Assembly (NCBI GenBank): GCA_965637545.1
Contig: OZ281498.1
Span: 21,762,001 to 21,826,000, forward strand
Direction of reading: 5' to 3'
Source: Phallusia mammillata
Taxonomy: Eukaryota
Length of the DNA stretch: 64,000 nucleotides
Under the pieces are notes generated by a model that was not told where the DNA came from, made no database searches, and was given only the letters and a program-made list of their open reading frames with translations. Shown piece by piece: positions 12,600 through 25,800 of the stretch. Every line of letters starts with the position of its first letter. Position 1 is the stretch's first letter. Both the position numbers and the translations under genes were made by a program.

Positions 12600-15500
12600 T
12601 TACGAAACTTCAATAGCTGTTGGATGCTCTGCAATCACTTCTAACGGCATTCGAGAAATTTTGTGCACGGCCGCCATCTTGCTTGCAACGTCGTCAAAAG
12701 AAGACTCACTCCCAGTGGAAAAGGTTTCAGCGAGCGGAGCGTGTCTTCCCATTGGTGGAGAATAGTCGCTACTGGCAACGCTGTCCTCCACCGTAACTCC
12801 GCTGATCGACGAAAGCTTCTTGTCAATCACGATTTTTCCTCCAGAAGAAGAGTCAGAGGACTCGAAAGAGTTTCGAACGGATGCTACGCGGACTCGAAGA
12901 GAGGACAAACCGCGGGTCCAAAGAGTCTGGAGCACTCTTGAGTAGAGGAGTGGATTAAGTGCGCTGTTGATGGGAAGCAGGCCTATAGCCGTGATGGCGA
13001 AGGCAGCGTCTGGAATAGTTCGTCCAGAAATACTTATGAAAGACATAATACATATGGGCACCCAACACACGCAGTCAGTGATGACCAACAACGCGATGCG
13101 ACGTTGCATCTCGCTTGTGCTGTTCCTTGCCAAGATACGTGAAGTCTTTCCCGAGGAACGAGGCCGGCGTCGTAGATAAGAGGTGTTCCTGTCCTGCTGA
13201 CCAGTTTTTCCCTGATCTACTGATCCCTGATCACGTCGAGTGATCACGGAAGACCTGTTCCATTTGTTTCCAGCAACTGGGTCCGCCGGAATGCTTTCCT
13301 TTCTTTGTCCTCTTGAAAAGCGCCTTGTAGATTTCCCTTCCTTTGCGGACTTGCAGTAAATAGTGATATAAGCGCAAGAGATGTAGAGTACAGACAAGAA
13401 GTTGATTACAATGTTGGATATTGCGTGTTTCCAGAATGAATCATTCTGTGTGGTGTACAGTTTAGGCATACACACACTGTCCTCGCTGTAGTAAGAGTAA
13501 AACTGCCAATCGCTGTGGGAGGGAGCCACGCGCTGAACAAAAGCCAACATTGTATTCCATGACAATGGGGACACCATTTCAGTCGGGTCTGTGGTAATGC
13601 TTGTGTTTGTAATGTACGCTATGCCGCGAACCAGTGCATCTGCCGTGGTACGGTTAATGACAGGTGGTTGGAATTGAGGGAAAGGTACCCAAGCTTTTTG
13701 GACAAAGAAGTCGCGAAGGGAGGGAAGGAGAGGAGCGACGGCGGAGAATGAAGACAAGGACCATGTTCCCACCACCGCAATGGCGAGGTACCGGAATTTC
13801 AGGTGGTAGGAAGAAAATGGCCGGAGTACGGTATGGAGACGCAAAGAGGTCAGTGAGACCAATGTATAGACAGAGGTCTGGGAAGATATCACGAGCATTG
13901 TACCTAAGACTTGACAAGTAGAACTCGTTCGCCATTCCCGGTCAAACGAGCCATGCTGGTGAGAGTTCTGACTCTCTTCCTCGTAAAGAAAAGACATCAC
14001 AGCAAGACACATCAGATAAACACCCATGATGAGATCAGCTGTGGCTAGATTTAGCACTAAAACTGAGTTCCAAATGCGAACCAAGCGCCTGTGGCCGCTT
14101 ATACCGCTGCCGTTGGACCGAAAGCGACTGCTCCCAGTTGTAGCTGTTCGCAGGCTTGTCATTGAAACTCGGGACAGGCGGGTTTTACCGTTCTTTGGAT
14201 CGATATCTTGAATAGACGTTCGCCTACTACGTAACAATGCTGTGGCTGTAGCAACGCGGTTATGCTTTACTAAATCTATTGAAGTGTTGCAGATCACTAT
14301 AAGGTTGCCAATAAGCGCAGTGAAAGCCATAATCCACACAAGAACCTGTAAAGTCCAGTTGTCAATCAAGTTGTACCTTGAGCCGAAAGCTTGTGGATTA
14401 ATTCGTGCAATTTCGTCACTTCCGTCGTCACAGTCATCATGCCCGTCTCTTACCATTTTCTTGTCGACATATAAAGGCGACTTGCCCTTGCAGTAAAACT
14501 TGTCCAAGCAAAATAGCTCGTCGGTTTGTCCTGGACAGTCACTAGTCCCGTCACATATGCGATCAAATTCAACTGTATCAGTGCTCTCAGGGATTGGGGT
14601 AACGTTGCTATTTCCAAAACCGAAGAACCGGTCCACCATTTGAGGGCGCAAGTGAGGTATTTGCCTTGGGTCAAACGGAAAATCCCCAATTCCAAGTGAA
14701 ATAACCCCAGCGGATATAAATTCACCGACACGGACCTGTGGGGCACCAATGTGTTGGATCAAAGCTTGATGGACATGCGGCGGCTCTTGACCCAGCAAAT
14801 GGGGTGGAGTATTGGGGTGCGAAAATGGCAGACCCCTGGAGAGGTTTCTACTGCCGGCAAACCTTATCCACCCCTCTATAACATCTGGTGGGGGTCCACC
14901 CCTCCAATGACCCCTCGAACCGCGACCGTGCGTTCGATTGACAATTTCGTTGCAACTGACTGGCATTTTCCCCAAGTTTTCCATTTCAGCGTCGAGGTTT
15001 GATTCTAAGTCCCCGGAACCGTCTGTGCTGACTGGTGTCGGCGAATGTTTTGCAAGACCTGGAATTCGTAAATAATGAGATAAGAATGTATGGAACTTAA
15101 AAAGCGACATGCTTTATATTCATAACACGTTTCGGCAAATGCTAATGCCATCGTTAGTTGTAACTTGTTTATAAATTAAACATGAAATAATCAGTTAAAT
15201 AAATCATAGATATATAGTAATTAACACCCCGCTTTTTGGTGCAGTTAACACATCCCACTATCCCACCAAACGACCTGCAGCAGAATTTAAAATCCATTCC
15301 GTACTTTAAGTAAAAATTTCATTTTACCTGCGCCACAATATAACTCATCCTCTCCGTGCGGGCAATCCTGAACCCCGTTACACAGCTGCTGTTTGCTAAC
15401 ACAAGTGTGATTGCTTTGGTCTGGTCTCAGGGTGGGTGAACATTGTATCTCTCCGGGCTTGCAATGTTTGCAGGCGTGGCGGTGGGACTCAGGCAGGGTG

Positions 15501-16924
15501 CAATTGGGAATGCACATACGCTGGGTCATTTCAACGGCTGAATCCGGGTTCCACGGCATAATACCGAACACAGTAGACACGTAATGAACCTAATGACCAC
15601 AAGATTCAATTTAGCTGGCTTTGTAATATCAATAATGTGTATTATGTCTTTAAGAAACAGCGGTTTGGTTTAGGATAAAGCTTTTTGGGTGTGCCTTTAC
15701 ATAGAGTAACAAGTCGGGCCGAACTTTTCGGGACGGTTAAGTTTAAATAAAACAAGCTTGATTCGGACATTTTGGCCTATAATGCTGGCTTTAAATAAGC
15801 ATTTAGGTTTAAGTCGAATTTCTAGCTTGTTTTAGATTTTGCATTTTGTTTCGGATGCATTTTTATAAATTTCAACCAAACGAATAAAATCCAAATTTCT
15901 GATACATTTTTTTGGTTGAAAAACTCCAGTTTGGCGCTAATGGGATAAAAAAACTAACAAAGTTACTTATTGAATAGAACCATCTAAGTTGGACGAAGAA
16001 ATTTGCACATCAACAACAATTATATGTTTATGTGTACCGAAGTCGGTTATCTAGCAGTTTGTTGGTATCGAAAGAACAATTTAAAATAGACTGGTTTATT
16101 TATATAAGTTAACCTCAAGGCGACAGGAGTTACTCAATGTAACCTTAAACTGCCTATGGGCAAATTCTCTTTGGGTGTGCTGTTGTTTGCTGATACTAAT
16201 ATACATTTGGGCGCGAAAGTTTGAAATCTGAATGTAATGCCTTTGGGCCATAGGTGTCAATGTTTTAAACCGATGGTTCATTTTTAGACTTAGCTTAGTG
16301 TGTTTCAACCAACTTTGTCGAGGCTTTAAGCGACGATGTAAGTGCAACCATAAATGCTGGCAATGCTAAAACTCTAAAAAGCAGTCTCCCTTTCCATTGC
16401 AGTTGCAAATTCATTTTTTGTATGTTTTGTGCCTCACAAGAGAACTATTCTAGTTTATGATTGTATGTGTTTGAAATAATAGATGCCTGACTGAAAATAT
16501 ATTTAAGCTAAACTTTTTTTTCACCTGGGACTTGTATTTGATTTGTTTCTGTGAACACAAAAACTCGTCAGTAATATCAGGACAGTCAAATTTTCCATCG
16601 CAGATCTGGTCGGCAGTGATGATTGTCTCACCGCAAGTCAAACACCGAAAGCATTTTGCCCGAATTGTGCCAAATCCACAGTCATCTACTAAAAAACAAA
16701 CACTTTTTATTAATGAAGTTTGTCAATTTCATCATATTTTGTTGTATGCGGTCTGAATAGAGCATTTAATACGCACAGTGAATTACTCTCTACTTGTTTG
16801 CAGTGCCGTGGAAAGATTGCGGTCTACGTGATAAGTAACACGTGCAATACTTACGGATATCGCTAAGACTTGGTCCAATGAATAATGTTAACACAAACCC
16901 CGAACACAAGCTTGTCCACAACAT
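12600..16924 (-). CDS. LDL-receptor class A repeat-containing rhodopsin-like GPCR (RXFP/GRL101-related 7TM, no LRRs); ~1058 aa
   Basis: Exons 16855-16924 (signal peptide MLWTSLCSGFVLTLFIGPSLS), 16525-16688 (LDLa), 16144-16365 (donor could be 16114), 15328-15589 (LDLa) and 12600-15058 (two LDLa-like modules plus 7TM). Phases are consistent. 7TM motifs: GNLIVI, NLATAD, CWVP, NSALNPLLY. Confidence 0.85.
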
Positions 16925-19900
16925 ATTAAGGTGTTTATTATTTATACACACCTAGGTTTAATTTCTCTAAATGCAAAACGAAAAATAATGGCAATGTTGT
17001 ATGTACACCTTTTTTCTAATAGTTAAACATTTTTCACGAATGCATAAAATCGTATTAGTGTAATATAAATGATAATGTTTGTAAACTGGAAACTGATCGC
17101 TTCACAAATTGTTTAAAGTGTTAACACAAAGAGTTTTATATACAGACAGAATCAGTTTGAAAGGAAAAAAAAAGAACCATTTAATATTAACGTCGTTTCT
17201 GTTAAACTCAATTTAAACCATTCTATTAAATTAAACGATGTAACTCACACAGTTTTAACAAGTTAAAATAATCTTAAGTTGTTGTAACGTATGTTTGTTG
17301 CATTTTGTACTAACTACGCATATGGCTTGCTGGCTATGAATAGCGACGTCACAAAACAAAGGGAATTCCCCCGCTTTTAGGTCTGCAGTCACGTGATCAA
17401 ACTGAAAACGTCACGTGAGTCTAAAGCAGGGTTTTTCGGTGGCCTTTCTCCGGTCACTAACTGCTCACGGTGTGACAGGCGACGGCCAATTATTATCAGA
17501 TAAGGTACTCGCATTGTGTGAAGTTTAATGCCTGAGGTGACATACATAGAAATCTTAAATAACCAATAACAAAATTTCAAAAAAATATCACTTTAATGAA
17601 GATAAACGCTAATTATGACGCAAACTGCTATTTTTGATAATTTGTGTATATAATAATGATAACATCCTTTCTCAAAACATTGAAAATGGTATTATACACA
17701 ACAATAGGTGAATGCTGTTGCCTTTGATGGTTTGAATTTAGTGATCTTTAAATAGCAGTTATTTCCACGGAAGCCCCTGTTTTTGACCGAACGCGGAAAG
17801 ATTAAATGATAAGCCTTCAAATGGGCGTAGTGTGACCACAACTCAACACACCTAACTGTACGAGTTCCTCAGAAAAGCCCCGTTGCGTTAATCGTGCATA
17901 CCACCTCGAAATTATGCCATAAATTTTTATACTTCTTTTCTCGTAGCGGATTATAAATTAACACTTTGCAACAAAAATTGGTAATTGTGTTACAAAGATA
18001 CTTAAAGACATAATATAGATTCTTGTTAATTAATTTATATTGATTACGCTGGCTAATAATGCATTAAATAGATACATTTTGCTGACTATGGCAAGTACAT
18101 TTGCCAAAATAAACATAAAAATGCTTGTCTGGTTTTTAGTGCAATAAAAGCTAACTGATAATTTAATCATTAACAATAATACTAATTATATATTGACTCA
18201 GTGAAAAGCGAACCTGCACGCCAAAATACGCATATAAGCATCTTATAAAGTAACATGTTTCGTAATGGTTTTGTGTGCTATACGTAAAGTATTCCACTAC
18301 GGTCAATCAGTTTGTTATTTTATAATATACGTACACTTTTCTGGCAGATAATAGACTACAAATTATCACTTCGTGAACCGCATAGCACGAAAATTTTCGT
18401 TTCTTTGACCTAAACCTTGTCGCCCTACGATACTACTCGACCTATATATTTGATTCTAAACAGCCAAACCTGCGAAACTCTACGATGTTTCAAACATTTT
18501 GCAGAATGCAATTATTGTTTAACACATAGCAGTATACTTTGCAACAAATAAAAATCGTTACTGCCTTTATCTGTACAACCGCTAAGCAATTAAAACTAAC
18601 CAAACCTTGCTATGTGTATTTCATCAAGTTGACCTCAAAATCAGATGAACCAAAGTATTGATAAAATTTGACACAGTCGGATTTATGACATAAAAATTCA
18701 ACGCAATCTGTCCTACCCTTTAACCAGTGGACTCCAGTATCATACAAGAGCTTTTGAAGATATTTTTGAAATTTTAGCCGTTCCCAAAAAATCTTGCGGC
18801 AAAATGATTTTTTTTCGGCGTCGCTTTGAACTGTTTGGCGCCGAATTTAAACTCGAGATTTTAACTTAGCTCAAGAAGCACGCGACTTGTGCCCTCGGGG
18901 CCAGTTTTTAGTGACGTACAACAAGAAAGTGTTAAGGTGTCGATTTAAGAATATCTCGTTGGGCAAAACAAATTGCAGCACCTAAGTCTATTTTGGGTCG
19001 AAGTTGGATGCAACATGCAGACAAAAATATAACTGACACCGACGAATGATGCACTCCTAAACAGCGAACTATAGGTGTGGATCCTACAGTCGCAAATAAC
19101 AAGTTGGATGTTTTTGAATTTTTTTTTCTCATAACGTTGTTTGCAAATCAATGAAAACTGCTCAGGCGCTACAACCGTGTAATAAATTCCAGCAGAAGAT
19201 GTTACTGAAGAATTTATAACTCACTGTCATATACCATTCTGAAAGAAATCGCCTTTGCAGAGAATGTAATGTTCGATTTTAACAACACAACTTTACCATC
19301 ACTAGGCTTAAAGTTGACTTAAACAACTCGCAACTTTCATCTTTCTGTCACCCACACATCATTATATGACATCAATACTTACGTCACGCCACTTTTGTTT
19401 GCAGTACGACAGACAGAGTAAACTTTTCTGGCATTTTGCGCCGATAATAATATCACCGTTTGTTGAAACGCTTGCGAAAAATGTATGCACTGCTTTTTAA
19501 GTTTTAAGTTGGCGTCTGGATTCTAGAGTTCATTAATACTTTTACTTCTAAATAGCGCATGTGTTTTTTACTTTTAAAAAATTGCGAACATTTTTTACCG
19601 CACCATCTATAGGCATGTTGCAGTTGTGTTACGGCATGTTTAAAGTACTACTCAATCCAATATTAGATATTTAAAAAGTAGACTGATCAAAACACATTTC
19701 TTTGTAAATTGTTAACAGCAACAGTAATCGTTTTTCAAAATCAAAAATTAGAACCTAAATCCATTTTGAGACTAAAGGGTCTTTGAGACTTGAATCTTTA
19801 ATAAACCTTTAGAAAAATTCACGTTTGTTAAACAACTTTCACCAAATCCTACAACACTTCCATATAAATGCCGGAAACAGTCACATATTTCTCCAGACAA

Positions 19901-22820
19901 GTAACTGTATCCTTAAGCATCTGCGACCTTTTTGAAGCGAGTCACGCTTCCTATATAAGCAGAGCGTTTAAAAGTTTTTGCCCCCATAATTAGCGCGGCC
20001 CGAGCACCTGTTATAACCAGAAGATGGCGGGATTGAAAGTTCACAGTTACCAACGTTTATGTTTCCAACACTATAGGCACGAGAAATCGGTGATGATTGA
20101 AAAAGACCGAAAAGGAATTTCCCCATATGGTTTAGGTTTATTTATGTGAAATATAGAATGATAAGGTAATAATACATAGTTTACTTTTAATAAACTCGAA
20201 AAATTGGTAAAAATATGTTAAAATAAACTATATTAAAGAACAAAAAATCGACCTTTTAATGTTTTAAGCGTTTTCTGGAATGATGCCGACTTTTAAGTTA
20301 TATAATTGGCTGATTTTTGAAAGTGAAATTATAGTACAGATGCAACTCCGATGTCTACTTATAACAAACATAAACTACAACAAAACAAGCTAATAAATTA
20401 ATTGGTGATATACCAGACAGTTGTTACACAAAGTTTCCTGCGTTTTGTCGTCTGTTTGAGGCGCGTTTTGATGAAGAAGAACATACTACAAAACAGTTGT
20501 ACCAAAACACTAGCTGATACTTTATCTGCATTACTTTGCCTCGCTTAAAATTATTATCCCAATGTTCACTGCACCAAACAGGTTGAGAGCATATAGTAAT
20601 CCGTTCATTAGATTGATGGTTAGACTTGACTATATTTATTGTCAACTCTTTTCGTTTTATTTACTTACAATGGCAATTTTTACGTTCCAAAAAGTTTAAT
20701 AAAGCAATACAAGTTTATGTAAACGAAAAACTACAACACTAAAAATGCCTTACGTCTTGTAACTCAACTATAATAAGTATTCTCCTCAACTATATTTCAA
20801 GTCCGTTTTACGAAATATTAACACATATCCGAAGTCCAACTCTTTTTTTCTTTGGTTCTTGGCAATAGACGTAGGCGTGCCAACTGATCTCGCTTTAATC
20901 ACATTCAACCTAGGAGCAAATTGCAAATGACCCGTTCGAACTAAGGGGATAGAAAAAGAACAATTTGTTGCAGTTGGCAGTGGTTTGTTGTTACGCCGGA
21001 GACGCAGACCTCACGTTCCAGAGAAATCCCTTAGAAAAGCAAACAAATCATGTTGGCCTGTAGGTGGCCGCAATTCTTCCACGTCATACGGGCCTTCGCA
21101 CGCAAAACTTTAAATTTTATCCGAATTTCGGCTTAACAATTGAAAAGAGAGGAAGTCATGATGAAATTGCATGAAAATTTTAAAATTGTCCACATTGTTG
21201 AAATGACTTTTGACGGGAAGTTCAAATCACGTATTCATCACGACAAACGATTCTGTTACATTTATATTACGTGCAAGTGTGGCCTAATGTTTTGGGCACG
21301 GACATTGTTGTATTTGATTATTATCATAAAATATGTTTAATAAAAGCAAAACTGCGATACAGCTTTTAAACATGTTGAAAACCTTTCAAAATTAACTCAC
21401 CTTTACAAAATTAATTCTCCTTTTCAAAATTAACGTTTTTTAAAAACAAGGCCCGAAAGTCGGTGAAAAAACGAACACTGCCCCTAACTTTGAGGTAAAA
21501 TAAAAACAATTATATTGTTGCGAGTTTCAATGGATTTAGGCTTCTGTTTGTTCTACCATGCGAAGTCCATAAAACTCAAAACGATTGGGTCTATGGGCCA
21601 TCACAGTATTTTCATACCAAATCCCTTTCAAGTTTGGCAGTAATAGCCTATCACCACACGAAGGTTTCGCAACACAGTTTTGAGAAACCTAAGCGGTCCG
21701 GTTAACCTGTTATCGCTATAACGCTAATCTTTTACACGTAATATTACTTAGAATTATTATTATTTAGGGTGAAACTGGTTCGGTCTGTAAATTAAAAGTG
21801 GATAAAGACTGTTTGGAAAAAACACATTTGAAGCTATTTAACAACAATTACACTATAGCCGAATCACTACACATTATATCTTTCAATCCAAGATACCTAC
21901 CTTGTATTAAAAAGAGATCACGCAAAAACGCAAAGTTACTAAATTACCTTTGAATTTACACGGGACACGGTGGAGCTCGTTAGCAAAAGAAAAACATTCA
22001 TTGCGTGGAGCTGACCTCTTGCACAAACAAACATTAGGGACAGACCAGGAAAGTAATTGTGTTTTGATTCCAACGGACAAGACGATTTTCAGTGAAAACT
22101 CATATTTTTCCGCAGATGCGTTTGAAACATTGAACTCTGCATTTTCGTGCACGGGTTTTGGCCACAAGTTGCAATCGAAAAATACTTAATCACATATAAT
22201 CAGAGTTCCATACCGTCCTTATTTTAAAGGTCTTAATCCTTATTTTCAAACAATCGCAAGTCAAATCCCTGCTACAAGTAAAAGTAGACCTGGGTTGTCG
22301 TGAGATGCGCAAAGTATTTTCAAGGAACAACAAGTTGCTGGAACAGATTGTTTCTTGTGTATATGACATGTCATGGCTCGTATAAATGCAAAGATTTAAG
22401 ATTTGAAAACGTTTGTTTCGTTTCGTAAGAACATTTAATTTTTCGGTTGTCCTTATTTTGAGATCCATATCGATGGCAACCCTGCATATAAAACTACACA
22501 CATTCAAAAACGTGTAATTGTAAGTTTGGTTGTCTGGTCAATAACATAACTGTTAAGATAAATTTTATTGCAAACGTTTTAGACATTTTCAAGTGATGCT
22601 CGTTATGAACAATTCGAAAAAGCAAAATACTATGGAAACAATAGCAATTGAATGACCACTTTTCGTTTTAGATGGAACACTAAGTATCAAATCATCACCA
22701 CTTCCAATTTCATTCCAATTGTTTCTGCAACATCCAATCCGCACCGTAGGTTTCCTCTATCTCTTCGATTTTCCGACCATTGACTTGCTCTGCAGCGCCA
22801 ACGTGTGTTTAACAAACAAT

Positions 22821-25800
22821 TCACCGCTTAAAGAAGGAATCTCGTCCCCCTTTCACCCGCTTCAGTTTATTGGCCGGCCGACGCACGGAGCGTCTTTCAT
22901 CTCTGTGACGTTTTTCTTCCTCGGTCCGCTGTTTCTGTTTCGCGTCCACCTGTGACGTCGATGGATTCGGAAAATAGCGTTATTTGTCATTAGGAATGTA
23001 ACGGTCCAAATAGACGTAAAAAGCGTGTGGTGGTACCGAATACCATATTTGGCACTGCCTTTGACCGTATGTTAGCACTTGGCAAGGCAGGTTTTTTAAA
23101 CCGAAGTTTCAGTATGTGCAAAATTTGTAATTTCGTTGACTTATAAAAATGTTGACGTTTAGGCTGATTAGGTTTGAGGTGAAGGTTTCTTATGGAAATA
23201 ATTTTGAGGTGTAATGACCATGGGGTGTTTAGTGCTGTCTGATTTATACATACAATCTTGCAAGTAAGTCTTATGATCAAAACGTCTTTATGCCCTTATA
23301 TCGTAACTTACAACTTTTACTCGCTGTTACACGATTGTCAGCACATTAGTCCAATTAAGTGCCGGGAAAGGAAATGAAACACTCTGGTACCAATTCTGCT
23401 TGATCTATCGCTATTAGTGTGAATACAATGAAATGCTATCGGACGTAAATAGATCTAATTCAAAACATAGTGTATAAACCCTAGGCCAAACAGAACCAAC
23501 CGTTGTTGATTCTATATTGTTGTAAAGAACAGCAATCACCGGAAAACTGCTACTGTAGGTGGATTTCAGTTCAAACTAGACTTTATGTTTTAAATTGATC
23601 TACTGACCTTTTCTACGCGAAACGTCGCTTGTTTTGCTCCCATTTGAAATCCTGGTCCCTTGTGAGTTTTCACGCTCATATGCCGTTCCGCTTCATCAAT
23701 CCGCTCGCCAAGGGTCGCGCTGTAAGTTTCAAGTTTAGTTTATTTGCACTTAAATCAACGAAAATGGATTGTAACACAAAGATTATGCGTGCGGGGCAGC
23801 GAAAGACCACGTGGTCATCCTGTCAGCCACCCCTCACACAAGAAGGTGACAGTGGCAAAAAAGATGGCGGGCGACAAATGTCCAAAAACGAAGTAATTAA
23901 AGTAAACGTGGAAAAATAAATTGAACGGAAACTAAAACGCAAATAAATAATCTGGAAAAACAAAGTTAACAGAAATTAAAAAAGGTGCAGCAGAGGGCAA
24001 AAAGGTAGCGAGCGATAAATTTTGGAAAAATAAACAACTGTAAGTTCAAAGGTCAAACGCATGAGTGTATTTTAAATCAAGCAAAACTTTAAATAGGGTA
24101 AAAACGTAAGTTCAGAGTCGCCTAGAAACTAAAGTAGACAAAGAAATAGAGTACGAATTTTAGTTTAGAATAACGTTATGCAAAAATTCATCCTCTGGCT
24201 ACGTCAGTTTAAAAAAAAAAAAAATTTTTCATTTTTTCCCCGAAATTTACCATATTTAACAATATTATTTAGTGAAAAGTGTGAAAGAACTGCAAAAGGT
24301 CAGGCTTGGCACATGGTTTTCAAAATTTTACCAATTATATTCCAAATGTTTAGAAAAGGTTGTTGCTATCTCCAAGGGTAATTTTTTTTTACTCCATAAA
24401 TAACTTTTCTTTCGACATTAGGCCAGTTTTGCCCACGTTCCAAAAACTACAAGCAGACAAAAATCCTAACTTCATGTTTACTGCACACTGTAAGAAAAAA
24501 ATTTTGTAAAAAAGAAAAATCCAATAACCTTGCTTTTCTTTTTCGTGCAAGTTGTATTTCCTCGCTACCGAACTTCTCAAGGTCATCCAAGGTAGAAAAC
24601 CTTTGCCCATCGATGGCCTCGTCTCCTTTGATCTCAAACATTCGCGGTGCAATCGTCGTTTCAGCATCTTCCGCACGACGTCGCTCGCGAGCTGCTGCGG
24701 TTTTATTGTGAACATTTCTATGCGCCTATAAGATAAGGGTAAAAAGTTTTAATATTATGTTTGGTTTAGCGCTGTGGATGTTAATATTCGACACGTGGCC
24801 AGTTATGACGCGCTATTATGACATCACAAATGTTTGACGTAATAATATAAGTTTACGAAAAACAAAAAAAAACAATTTCGCCATTTTGTGAGGTAGGCTT
24901 ATGTTATGAAATTCAGCAACTAAGAGAAAATATTTCATAACATTGCGAGAGAAAAGAGAAAAAGGCAGCTACCTTTTTTGATTCCTTCACCCACTTTCTC
25001 TCTTCTTCCTCGTTTTCAGATGACGAAACACCAGAGTGCGATCCGTTTTCATTGTCGCTTGTTGCCTATGGTTACGGAACAATTTAACGAATATTTTAAA
25101 TCATATTGCACTTTTAAACAGAAAACTCAAATTTACCTCGACAAGGGATGATTCCTTGCGCTCATTGGATCTTTGCTTTTCGAATTGTTTCGACACAACA
25201 GGGTTAAGTAATCTGAATTCTTCAGATTCCTGGTCAACTTGGAAACTGCTGTCTTCAAACATTGACTTGAAACGTGGATCATCCAATAAACTTGCTGCTT
25301 CTCTCTGTAATTAATAGGGACATTAAGAAAAGTTTTAAATTGTGTAACAATTTAAGGAAACATTAGGTTTTTATAAGCTTATTTCTTGATGGTTTCAGCC
25401 TGTCATACTACGCCAGGCCCATTGAAGGCGTTGTACCGGATCAAGCTGGTCTCCCAAGCATTCCCATATGGCAAGCTGTAGGCTTGAAAAATCTAGACTG
25501 TGCTGGGATTCGAACTCACGACTAGAGCCGTTCCGGGGCTCGCGCTTTACCAACTGAGCTACACAGGCTCAGTCGTAAATCCGCCGAGAGTCGAATCACA
25601 AGCACCATTGCCTGCTTTCAACCTAGATCTTTTTCCATGAATATTAACTTGAGCAAGAAACACATTCGTTAGGTGTTAGCACATTTTGATGTGAGATTAA
25701 CCAGCCTATTGAGTCCTTTATAAACAAACAAGCATTGCAGTTTGAATACTCATGAATTTTTTGTCTCCAGCTCGGCAAATAAACATTACTGTGTTTTTTA

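Noticed and set aside
25500-25570. Possible tRNA gene
   Set aside because: A and B boxes are present, but the acceptor stem does not pair and there is no clean anticodon arm. Called a SINE head instead.
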